The notes: generated by a model not told the origin, from the letters alone. A stretch of DNA of 64,000 nucleotides from a virus (IMGVR_UViG_3300043446_005051:25427-89426), one strand, 5' to 3'. Counted from the stretch's first letter, positions 8,515 through 16,498 are shown. Program-made: numbers and translations.

Positions 8515-9222
8515 TTAAGAGACGCTAGTCTTCATATTACGAAGGTTGAAGAACATTGAACACTGAGATGGGTCCAGTGTTCCATCGAGAAGGTTTTGAA
8601 TGACCATCAGAGTCATACTTGCTGCAAAGAAGTTTGCTGAAATAAGTTGAGGACGACTCGGTGCATTTAATGCACAACTTCCCGAATGTGGAATACTATC
8701 TTGAGGCTGGTCAATATTTGGATATGCAATAGTTGGATTCATACCAACATTCACATTATCAATTCGGCCCCACCAGAGAGTTTGACCTCGAACTTCTTCA
8801 AGGCCATCGCTATTACCTGGAGTAATATAAAAGAAGTCCTTTCCTTGACGAGTATTATTGATTGCATCAATAATCGCTTTACGTGTTGCGTCATTATCTA
8901 CCGAACAGATAATGACAGGACGCTCTGAATTACGAATCATCGGAATGAAAGTAGATGCAGTGATGAACTGGTCTTTGCATTCAACATCAGTTAGTCCCTG
9001 ATAAGAGCAGAAGTCCTTCATTGCTCGTGCTTTATTCATATTGATTTGAGATTCACCCACAATTTGTCGAGTGAGATTTGAACTCTCGAACGAATCACCA
9101 TCAATAAAAGTTACCTTTGCTCCTTGAGTGTTCGGATGATATGCAACGAGTCGAGCAAGTGGAGCAGCGAGATGCCCACCAGTTCCACCCACGCCAATCA
9201 CAAAGAAATCAGAGAAAAACAT
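8515..9222 (-). CDS. ThiF/E1-family ubiquitin-like activating enzyme
   Basis: GVGGTGG nucleotide-binding loop, DGD..E.SNLTRQ, NKA, SVDN.ATR, candidate catalytic Cys in GSCA; start after AGGAGG SD. Confidence 0.92.
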   Translation of the reverse strand: MFFSDFFVIGVGGTGGHLAAPLARLVAYHPNTQGAKVTFIDGDSFESSNLTRQIVGESQINMNKARAMKDFCSYQGLTDVECKDQFITASTFIPMIRNSERPVIICSVDNDATRKAIIDAINNTRQGKDFFYITPGNSDGLEEVRGQTLWWGRIDNVNVGMNPTIAYPNIDQPQDSIPHSGSCALNAPSRPQLISANFFAASMTLMVIQNLLDGTLDPSQCSMFFNLRNMKTSVS

Positions 9223-9277
9223 AAACCTCCTGTTGGAACGAATCAATGGTAGCAGACGAAGACCGTCAAAAACAAAA

Positions 9278-9305
9278 AGGTGGACAGCTCAAAAACCGTC
9301 CACCT
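9278..9305 (-). promoter_or_regulatory. palindromic early-promoter motif copy (E1 gene)
   Basis: AGGTGGACAGctcaaaaaCCGTCCACCT; TGCTACCAT -10 at 9246-9254. Confidence 0.7.
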
Positions 9306-9315
9306 ACATACAGAA

Positions 9316-10284
9316 TTAAATTTGACCAACTAGATAGTTCTCATCCCTAGATACAAACCATTTTCTATTTACTGCATCTGGAACTGTTTCATAGCCATAA
9401 TAAGTACTTCCATTTTTTTCAATTTGAACCTCCTTTGCAGGAATAATCATAATATGTGGAGAATCCTCAAGAGGTTTATATCCAGCTGAAAGAAGAGTAA
9501 AAAATGCTGGAACATCATATTCAGCGTGTACTATGATTATACTATCAATATCTTCTCCATCACATAGAAAATGTTCAGATTCTAGAAGAGAGAATTCATC
9601 ACTATTTTTTAGATACCTTAGAGTGTCACAATTGGTTTCAAACGTACCTAGAGGTAGAAGGTCATTATTAAATTCACTATTAAAGTAGGTTTGAACTACA
9701 CTTCTGAGATTAGTTGGAGCATTGTTGGACCCCCAGCAAATTCCACCTACTTCATATGCATCCCCAAATACATTGGAAGCCATAAGCAATCGAGTTGCAT
9801 AAATTTTATTGTCCAGAGTATATCCTGAACGAAGATATGCTTTATCTGAATCTAAAGACAGATAAGTTCTAAATCTCCCATTTCTAAATGAAAGATTAAC
9901 TTGAAATACCATATCTGCCACATTCATATGAATTGATACATCTTCGGCATTATTCCCCTCTGGGCATTCTTGACCTGTATAACCTTCTTCATACACCCAA
10001 CAATGATTGTCCTCCCCCCCACTCACATCTGTCCAATCAATATCATCATCTTCATCTTTTCGATTGGAAAGGAATGAATAACAATTTCGATAGCATCCAT
10101 CACAAAATTCATTGTAAAATCCATCTGAATCCATTTCAATATCTTGATGAATATCTTTATAGTTGTCTGGCATCCAAGCATTGATTTTTAGAGAATCTTC
10201 TACTTTATAACTAAAGAATTTTGCTCCTTTTGGTAGAAGATGAACATTTACTTTGGGGGGAACAGTTTGAAAAATTACAGACAT
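9316..10284 (-). CDS. prokaryotic E2-like (Prok-E2 family D / PRTRC protein B-like) protein with Cys-rich N-region
   Basis: SNVFG...GGICWGSN..P.....YFNSEFNNDL motif; start moved to 10284 because the -10 box overlaps ATG 10314. Confidence 0.75.
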   Translation of the reverse strand: MSVIFQTVPPKVNVHLLPKGAKFFSYKVEDSLKINAWMPDNYKDIHQDIEMDSDGFYNEFCDGCYRNCYSFLSNRKDEDDDIDWTDVSGGEDNHCWVYEEGYTGQECPEGNNAEDVSIHMNVADMVFQVNLSFRNGRFRTYLSLDSDKAYLRSGYTLDNKIYATRLLMASNVFGDAYEVGGICWGSNNAPTNLRSVVQTYFNSEFNNDLLPLGTFETNCDTLRYLKNSDEFSLLESEHFLCDGEDIDSIIIVHAEYDVPAFFTLLSAGYKPLEDSPHIMIIPAKEVQIEKNGSTYYGYETVPDAVNRKWFVSRDENYLVGQI

Positions 10285-10346
10285 TTTGGATGAATTCTGT
10301 GTAACTTCAGTCATTGTAGCAGGAAGGGGCGGTGTGGATAAAAAAA

Positions 10347-10370
10347 GGGGACACCTCAAAAAGTGTCCCC
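10347..10370 (-). promoter_or_regulatory. palindromic early-promoter motif copy (E2 gene)
   Basis: GGGGACACctcaaaaaGTGTCCCC; TGCTACAAT -10 at 10313-10321. Confidence 0.7.
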
Positions 10371-10383
10371 CGATATTACTATA

Positions 10384-11466
10384 TCAACTAGTAGCAAAAG
10401 CAGATTCATCAATCTCTTTAGCCGCACTAGTTAGTACATCATAGAGATGGAAGATTTTGTTCAGGTCTTCTGAATTCTGATTAATATAGTCATTAATCAG
10501 GTCTTCAATCTCCCATAGTTTAATAGTTTTATTCCCTTCTACATTCTCGGTATTTAGAGTGCCATTCTCGTTAAAAAAGAATGGGTCATCCATATATTGA
10601 TTGTATCCATCATAATCATTATACTTATAGGTTGCATATTTCTCTAGCCACTTATCATACGAATCTGAATCCCTATGGGATTTACCTCCCTTATACTTTA
10701 CAGGAGAATATTTAATTACAGTTGTAGGAGTACTATAATCCACATATTTTAGAACATCTGGATGAAATGTAACTTCTGAAATTGGAGTGGCATCAATAAG
10801 TTCATCATATTTCAGAAGAAAGCGACGACCATTTCCAACTACGGAAGCTGCAATTGTATATACATTTTTATTTACGTCAATACTTCCTACAACTAGATGA
10901 ATACCAGGGTCTCCTAGCTCATACTTATCGTCAATTCCTGAGAAGAAAGATGGCATAGTATTATGCGAATGACTAGACCCAACAGGAATCCACCCAGAAG
11001 GAGGATAAGATTCAACAACCTCTCCAGTTTCAATGTCAATGGATTCATCAAAGCTATCAATTCGTACAGCGGCTCCAGATACCTTTTGTTTGGGTACAAG
11101 AATCCTATATTTTGATGAATCTTCATCCGAACGAAGAATCCGAATAGAAACTTCAACTTCGTTACTTACTTTATTTACAAAGTGAAAACATAGTTTCACC
11201 CAACGAGACCAAAGTTCTGCTGGAATTTTATGAATATCAGAATTTAGTTCAAAATGTTCAAGATGCTCTTTTGTAATTTCTACATTTGCATCTGGGTCTG
11301 GACAAGAACGAATATACTTACCCCAAGGCCCTTGATACACCTCAAAACATCCATCCAAGGAAGTGCGAAGAATTGAAGGAGGAGTATTCACTAGTTCTTC
11401 TTCAATCTTGATTTCATTAATTTCAAGAGTATCTTCTTCGACCATAGTTTGAATAGTTTCTGACAT
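10384..11466 (-). CDS. JAB/MPN+ metallopeptidase (Ubl-processing/deconjugating)
   Basis: Upstream E (NEVEV), P.Q.VS, JAMM motif GSSHSHNTMPSFFSGIDD. Confidence 0.9.
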   Translation of the reverse strand: MSETIQTMVEEDTLEINEIKIEEELVNTPPSILRTSLDGCFEVYQGPWGKYIRSCPDPDANVEITKEHLEHFELNSDIHKIPAELWSRWVKLCFHFVNKVSNEVEVSIRILRSDEDSSKYRILVPKQKVSGAAVRIDSFDESIDIETGEVVESYPPSGWIPVGSSHSHNTMPSFFSGIDDKYELGDPGIHLVVGSIDVNKNVYTIAASVVGNGRRFLLKYDELIDATPISEVTFHPDVLKYVDYSTPTTVIKYSPVKYKGGKSHRDSDSYDKWLEKYATYKYNDYDGYNQYMDDPFFFNENGTLNTENVEGNKTIKLWEIEDLINDYINQNSEDLNKIFHLYDVLTSAAKEIDESAFATS

Positions 11467-11568
11467 AATAAAAAATAATAAAAGAACTTGGGTATAGAAA
11501 ATAATTTGTATGAAAAAACCCTCAAAGGTTATGTAAACCAATGAGGGATTATCTTAGTTAGTTAGGAG

Positions 11569-11829
11569 TCAGCCCTTTTGCTCGCTGTTAGTTGCAGCAC
11601 GGTAAGATTCACCTGCACGCACAACCTGAGTAGAAGGAACAGCTTCGCCGTTGAGAACGTAACGATTGATACGAGTTACATCGCCCAGTGAGCTAGCATA
11701 CTCAGCGTAAAGCTGGGAAACGGTCTTACCAGTGAATTGAGCAGAGTTTAGTGAAACACTCTCTTCGTTGAAGTAGAGAGTAACAGGGCTCTCGGTGTCA
11801 GCTTGACGGATTTGGGAGAAGAAAGACAT
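11569..11829 (-). CDS. ubiquitin-like (beta-grasp) protein with C-terminal Gly
   Basis: 86 aa; GKTVSQL helix entry, LNGE.V....VV.AGESY strand pattern, ends SEQKG; first gene of JAB-E2-E1 cluster. Confidence 0.8.
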   Translation of the reverse strand: MSFFSQIRQADTESPVTLYFNEESVSLNSAQFTGKTVSQLYAEYASSLGDVTRINRYVLNGEAVPSTQVVRAGESYRAATNSEQKG

Positions 11830-11934
11830 AGTTGGTACTCAGAATAAAGGACAAAGGGGGATGAAAGAAGTTTGTGACCTCTCTCACCGACTCACATACC
11901 GTAGCAGAGGACCGCTCGGAATGGGAGGTGAGGT

Positions 11935-11954
11935 GGACAGTTCAGAAACCGTCC
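11935..11954 (-). promoter_or_regulatory. palindromic early-promoter motif copy (proximal Ubl promoter)
   Basis: GGACAGTtcagaaACCGTCC; TGCTACGGT -10; leader GAGTCGGTGAGAGAGG. Confidence 0.65.
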
Positions 11955-12047
11955 GATTGGTGATGAAGAAAAGAGGTTTCAGCTCTCTTCCCTCTCTCAC
12001 CGACTCCATCAGATTAGCTCATCTGGCCCGTCTCTGGAGTGAACAGT

Positions 12048-12067
12048 GGACACTTCAAAAAGTGGCA
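12048..12067 (-). promoter_or_regulatory. palindromic early-promoter motif copy (distal Ubl promoter)
   Basis: GGACACTtcaaaaAGTGGCA; repeats the same leader GAGTCGGTGAGAGAGG. Confidence 0.6.
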
Positions 12068-12084
12068 TTCGGGTAATTAAAAAC

Positions 12085-12360
12085 TCACTTTTCAATTTCC
12101 CAATTTACATCCTCAGTCATTTTTACCCAAAATGACTGAGAATTCCGAATTGGTTTTAAATGATATGAACCTGATTTAGTTTCAAGAAGTTCACAAGATT
12201 GTAGCCCGAGCATTCGCCTATCGAAATAATCTTCAGCTTCTGCTGTCTTGGGTTTGATCGTAATAAACTTCTTCTTCATTTTCATAAACAAACATCCAAT
12301 CAGAGGGTTCAGTTTCAGTGAGAACTTCAAAAGAGTTCTCATATAGGTCAAAGAACTCAC
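12085..12360 (-). CDS. hypothetical cyanophage-type protein (true start probably at the MKMKKK Met)
   Basis: KFITIKPK..EA...F...M......SFWV...DVNWEI pattern. Confidence 0.6.
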   Translation of the reverse strand: MSSLTYMRTLLKFSLKLNPLIGCLFMKMKKKFITIKPKTAEAEDYFDRRMLGLQSCELLETKSGSYHLKPIRNSQSFWVKMTEDVNWEIEK

Positions 12361-12462
12361 ATTCTTCGACCTGTGAATTTATCATAAAAGAGAAGGACAT
12401 CTCTCATAATGAAAAAGACCTCTTGAGTCTACCAGCTAACTCAAGAGGTCTCGGGGTGTTGT

Positions 12463-12482
12463 GTGCCAGTTTGAAAACTGGC
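12463..12482 (-). promoter_or_regulatory. palindromic early-promoter motif copy
   Basis: GTGCCAGTttgaaaACTGGC. Confidence 0.65.
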
Positions 12483-13172
12483 TTAGAATTGATGAAGCTG
12501 TCTGGAATTTACATCGTATATGGATAATTTACCATTCGCATCCCCGCAACAACTATCTAATACAATTGATTTGTTGTTTAAATCAATTGTTAAATTTCTA
12601 TAATGCCCTGCAACTCGAATAAAAGATTGCTCTTGATTATTTTGAGTCCACCATTCTATTCTATTTCTTTTTAAGTCTTGAGTTCCATATAGAAATTGAT
12701 GCTTATGGTCTTTCTTAATTGCACGAATGAAGTGTTCTTCTTCATATTGAGGAACTTTGATTTCATCACTAAAGTAAGCGTGAGCGCATCGGAACTCTAC
12801 ATCGTAGATGTCTTTAAATACAATTCCAAACGGCTGACGAATTAACCAATCATAAAGGTCATCTAATGAAATGTGATTTGATAATTCAGAGATAGTAGTA
12901 TCCAACCCATTGTTGAGTAAAATTTGATTTCCCCTTAAGTATCGAATTAATTTATCTTGATGATTACTTTGCAGTACAATTGCATTTAAATTCAATTCGG
13001 CTTCTTTAACCAGCTCATAAACTCCAAAAGAATCTGAATAGGAATTCTTGGAATCAAACAAATCTCCGAGAAAAACTACTCTTGAGTTTTTAATTTCCTT
13101 TTGAATGAATTTAAGCGCAGCTTTAAGATTCTTTGCTTGAGAATGCACATCCCCGATGAGTACATAATTCAT
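12483..13172 (-). CDS. calcineurin-like metallophosphoesterase (Ser/Thr phosphatase-like)
   Basis: GDVH, GDLFD, SNHQ, HA, AGHY, LDS motifs. Confidence 0.9.
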   Translation of the reverse strand: MNYVLIGDVHSQAKNLKAALKFIQKEIKNSRVVFLGDLFDSKNSYSDSFGVYELVKEAELNLNAIVLQSNHQDKLIRYLRGNQILLNNGLDTTISELSNHISLDDLYDWLIRQPFGIVFKDIYDVEFRCAHAYFSDEIKVPQYEEEHFIRAIKKDHKHQFLYGTQDLKRNRIEWWTQNNQEQSFIRVAGHYRNLTIDLNNKSIVLDSCCGDANGKLSIYDVNSRQLHQF

Positions 13173-13228
13173 TTTCTTCGAACATATAATCTATCTATAC
13201 TAGCACATTCACCAAGAAAACGAAAAAA

Positions 13229-13256
13229 AAGAGGACACTTTCTGAAGTGTCCTCTT
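13229..13256 (-). promoter_or_regulatory. palindromic early-promoter motif copy
   Basis: AAGAGGACACTTtctgAAGTGTCCTCTT; TGCTAGTAT -10 near 13197-13205. Confidence 0.65.
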
Positions 13257-13404
13257 CACTATAGATTAGAGCCGTCTCTAAATCCAAAGATATATCCAAT
13301 GTAAATTCCGGCAAAAAATGCAACGAAAAGATAAAGGCTTCGAGCAAGTTGTTGAGTTACTTCTGTAAGTTCAGGATTCATTTCAATTTAATTTATAATG
13401 AAAA

Positions 13405-13476
13405 AGCCCCATGATGGAAATTGAACCATCCTTTCCGCTTTACAAGAGCGGTACATCGCCACTATGTTTATGAGGC
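13405..13476 (-). tRNA. tRNA-Thr(UGU)
   Basis: GCCTCAT acceptor, CCGCT-CTTGTAA-AGCGG arm, GGTTCAATT T-loop. Confidence 0.85.
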
Positions 13477-13485
13477 AGGGTTAAA

Positions 13486-13761
13486 TTAATCTACAGGAAG
13501 ACAATCTGGATTTATATATTCAAGCTCATACATTAAAGGATGTGCTTCTTCTACTGCTAGATAACTTGAATATAAGTATATCTCTTCATCTGTATATCTT
13601 TTATTTCGAGAAGCTTCTTCAATGACTTCTGGATTATCTTCTTCTATTTTGGGTAATTCATCAAATGTATAAGGTATTTCTTGAATAAAATACATTTTTA
13701 CAATAAAACTTTCAAGTTGAGTATCAATCCAACGATAGCCAATGCTAAGTTTGTATTTCAT
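13486..13761 (-). CDS. conserved cyanophage-type hypothetical protein
   Basis: IVKMYFI..IP.TFDEL...YL..EEAHP pattern. Confidence 0.7.
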   Translation of the reverse strand: MKYKLSIGYRWIDTQLESFIVKMYFIQEIPYTFDELPKIEEDNPEVIEEASRNKRYTDEEIYLYSSYLAVEEAHPLMYELEYINPDCLPVD

Positions 13762-13782
13762 TCGAGAAAGAACTTATACATC

Positions 13783-14307
13783 TTATCTATTTAGATAAGA
13801 GATAGGTAAATATAAAGTTCCGTACTTCTCAAATACATCTTTAAATCGTTTTAAATCTTTACCTAGATATATGAATGCCGATTGAAAAGGTGCAGCACTT
13901 TTACCATTTCCAAATTTAAGTCTTTTATTGATTGCAATCCAAGGATATTCCGAAACCGAGTTCCACCATTTTGTAGATACATCTAATTTAATTAGTAAAA
14001 TTAATTCCTTAGAATGACCTAATTCATATTGACGAACTGCATATGGAACCCATAATTTACTTTCACTATATGGATGATTCATAAATACGCTTTCTGCAGT
14101 CCATTTATGAGCTAATCCATTTGTTTCTTCAGTATAAACTCTTTTAGCTGGAATATTTGGATGAATATCTGAATCTGAACAAGGGTCTAAATCAAGTTGA
14201 TGATTGAAGAACGTAAGAACATCATTTACAATTTCTTGAGGAGTATTCCAACAATCGTGACGTGTTCCAGTGGTAGAGGTTAGAGCTTTAAGTGATAAAG
14301 ATGGCAT
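13783..14307 (-). CDS. phage DNA N6-adenine methyltransferase (Dam family)
   Basis: WNTP, DLDPC, GL..W...FMNHPYS (NPPY variant), RLKF, APF.S. Confidence 0.85.
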   Translation of the reverse strand: MPSLSLKALTSTTGTRHDCWNTPQEIVNDVLTFFNHQLDLDPCSDSDIHPNIPAKRVYTEETNGLAHKWTAESVFMNHPYSESKLWVPYAVRQYELGHSKELILLIKLDVSTKWWNSVSEYPWIAINKRLKFGNGKSAAPFQSAFIYLGKDLKRFKDVFEKYGTLYLPISYLNR

Positions 14308-14669
14308 AGAATTAATTCTTAATCATATATTCAACAGTAGTTGCAATATCATTCATTGCATCTCTTAAATCAGGTCTTTGTCCAGATTCTTGTTTAAGAA
14401 TCGGTCTATCATCTTTAACAAGAGTCCATCTCCATTGAGACATAGACTCACACCACCATAAGTTGATTTTCATTAATTTTATCGTATTCAGTTTTGATTC
14501 GGTTCAATAAATCACTCAATTCTCCTTTTAGAGGTTCAGTTAAAAATGCTTCATTTGCAAAAATATAAAAATCTATTGCATCATAAGCAATTTTACGGTC
14601 TCGTTGAGACATTAATGTCATAACTTAATTTAGATGTTGTAAATATTTAATAAGAACTCCAAACCTTAT

Positions 14670-14770
14670 TTCTCCTGTACTCAGGAGTCCACAAATGGCA
14701 GAGGAGAAAACCTCCAAAGTTTGTTCAGGGTTCTTATTTTGGAAGACCCGAACATTTCCAGTTCTTCCAA
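14670..14770 (-). ncRNA. putative structured RNA trailer of tRNA-Asn (pseudoknot + hairpins)
   Basis: TTGGAAGA/TCTTCCAA stem; TGTTCGGGT can pair with ACCCTGAACA; CTCCTG-AGTA-CAGGAG hairpin. Confidence 0.4.
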
Positions 14771-14843
14771 CTCCCCCAGTCCGCCTCGAACGAACAACCC
14801 CAGTGTTAACAGCACCGTGCTCTACCAATTGAGCTATAGGGGA
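14771..14843 (-). tRNA. tRNA-Asn(GUU)
   Basis: TCCCCTATAGCTCAATTGGTAGAGC, loop CTGTTAA, TTCGAGG T-loop. Confidence 0.9.
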
Positions 14844-14925
14844 ATGATGGAGTAAGTGTATATAAGTCTCATAAGGACTTATCAGGGACTTACCCTCTAT
14901 CATAGTATATATATTACATCAGTTT

Positions 14926-15351
14926 TTAGATTGTGTCAAGAGGGATTTCCAAATAATTTTCTGCTAAATGTATTTTATTCTTTTGATTATTTTTTGGAGC
15001 AGATAATCTTAAATTGAATGTTTTATTGCATTCTTGTGGATTTACATAATAACATTTATCAGTATCGGGGCAATATACGCACATTATATCAATTTCATTT
15101 TTATCATAATCTTGTGTATGAGTTCCGTTCTTATCCGCCCAACAAGTTCTAAAAGAAACTTCTATTTTATCATTTTTTGCTGTTCTATATTTAACCTGTA
15201 TTCTTAAAAACTTTCCATCTTTATATACAACAAGGTCAAATGGAGAATGTTCTGTATGAGGAGTAAGTATTAAATATCCCTTTTCATACAGGTCAAGTTG
15301 TGCCTTTAATACCCCCAAATCTCCTTTATTTTTAGTATGATGTTCTCTCAT
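14926..15351 (-). CDS. free-standing PD-(D/E)XK homing endonuclease, I-Ssp6803I-like
   Basis: TKNKGDLG...L..KGY....P......FDLVV......RIQVK motif; TATAAATA late promoter at 15373-15380. Confidence 0.85.
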   Translation of the reverse strand: MREHHTKNKGDLGVLKAQLDLYEKGYLILTPHTEHSPFDLVVYKDGKFLRIQVKYRTAKNDKIEVSFRTCWADKNGTHTQDYDKNEIDIMCVYCPDTDKCYYVNPQECNKTFNLRLSAPKNNQKNKIHLAENYLEIPLDTI

Positions 15352-15412
15352 AAAATTTAAATGTCTTATAAGTATTTATAAGACTAACAACTTACACATA
15401 TGTTAGTTAAAA

Positions 15413-15485
15413 CAGGCGTATCAGGATTCGAACCTGAGATGAGGAGGTAGAAGCTCCTAGTGATAATCCACTTCACCATACGCCC
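15413..15485 (-). tRNA. tRNA-Arg(UCU)
   Basis: GGGCGTA acceptor, AGGAG-CTTCTAC-CTCCT arm, GGTTCGAATCC. Confidence 0.9.
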
Positions 15486-15489
15486 ATAA

Positions 15490-15568
15490 TAGACCTCCAG
15501 GTTTGTGCATCGTTGAGAGGCATAGGAGGGGTGGGACTTAAACGACGTTTGGACCGCCGTTGCCCATA
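15490..15568 (-). ncRNA. putative structured leader RNA upstream of tRNA-Arg
   Basis: TGGG-AACGGCG/CGTCGTT-CCCA hairpin and CCTCC/GGAGG-closed hairpin; GC-rich for this genome. Confidence 0.4.
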
Positions 15569-15609
15569 AAAGTAATTTATCAGATGACCCCAACTTTGTC
15601 AACTGTATT

Positions 15610-15629
15610 GTGCCAGTTGCAAAAGTGGC
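15610..15629 (-). promoter_or_regulatory. palindromic early-promoter motif copy
   Basis: GTGCCAGTtgcaaaAGTGGC with TTGACA (minus) just downstream at 15597-15602. Confidence 0.65.
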
Positions 15630-15640
15630 TTTTTGATATT

Positions 15641-16030
15641 TTATTTAGGATATCGAATATATGCATTACTTATTTCAAAATTACGAGTTTTACCTTTATT
15701 TGGTACAAATCCGTGTCCTGAATAAAACTTTTTAAGTTTCTCTTTATAATTCTTTTCTGGAGCTTGGTCTAATGACATAGAAGCTCCAATTTTATCTGCG
15801 TGTTTTGTAAGCCCTTTCATAATTCGTCCTCCTACACCTTTACCTCTAAGATGCTTGGGTACCCATATATCGTGAACTTGAATGTTTGGTTTTCCTTTAA
15901 ATTCTTTTTTTGAAAGATACAAATTTAAACCTTGATAACCAGGTCGTTTTTCCCATTTTCTTGAAATAGTTTTATGTGCGTCAGGCTTCGCAGATTTAGC
16001 TTCTTTTATGAATTGCTTAAAAGTTTTCAT
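15641..16030 (-). CDS. GNAT-family acetyltransferase with capsid-targeting-like N-terminus
   Basis: V...LRGKGVG acetyl-CoA motif, L.KFY..HGF; starts MKTFKQFIKEA. Confidence 0.85.
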   Translation of the reverse strand: MKTFKQFIKEAKSAKPDAHKTISRKWEKRPGYQGLNLYLSKKEFKGKPNIQVHDIWVPKHLRGKGVGGRIMKGLTKHADKIGASMSLDQAPEKNYKEKLKKFYSGHGFVPNKGKTRNFEISNAYIRYPK

Positions 16031-16037
16031 AGTCGGT

Positions 16038-16481
16038 TCAGGTTAAATAAGACCTTAACTTATAAACAAAGACACCGTGAGCTTCCATTAAATCTTGAAC
16101 AAGATTTGCAGTGGCGTAACTTCTTTGATTTTCAGCTTCTTCAGAAATATCTTTTAACAATTCAACAATCTTTTGATTATCACTCAACAATTGTTGAACC
16201 ATTCCTTTTGCATCAATAACTTGATTACCATTCGCTGGGCCATCAATAGATGAGACTTCAACCATTCGAGTCATTGTTGACACAGGTCGAATATTTAAAT
16301 ATCGCATATGTTCTGAAATTCTATCAACCTCCTCAAACATTGCTTCATATTGAGCACCAAATAATTCATGAAGTTGTGGAAAATCAGTTCCAGTTACATT
16401 CCAATGATAGTTCCAAGTTTTTTGAAATAAAACAAATAAAGATGCTTGAGTATCAGAAAGTAATTTGTATAGTTTTTCCAT
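16038..16481 (-). CDS. dps: Dps / ferritin-like DNA-protection protein
   Basis: YHWNVTG.DF.QLH.LF..QY...DRISE ferroxidase signature; TATAAATA at 16496-16503. Confidence 0.92.
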   Translation of the reverse strand: MEKLYKLLSDTQASLFVLFQKTWNYHWNVTGTDFPQLHELFGAQYEAMFEEVDRISEHMRYLNIRPVSTMTRMVEVSSIDGPANGNQVIDAKGMVQQLLSDNQKIVELLKDISEEAENQRSYATANLVQDLMEAHGVFVYKLRSYLT

Positions 16482-16498
16482 TATACTTTTTTTATTAT

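Noticed and set aside
8515-9222. ThiF protein as thiamine/molybdopterin biosynthesis AMG
   Set aside because: No ThiG/ThiS-GG/MoaE context; neighbours are E2-like and JAB, favouring conjugation
14625-14903. 92-aa minus-strand ORF
   Set aside because: Overlaps tRNA-Asn and its structured trailer; translation of tRNA sequence
15384-15602. 72-aa minus-strand ORF
   Set aside because: Spans tRNA-Arg; spurious
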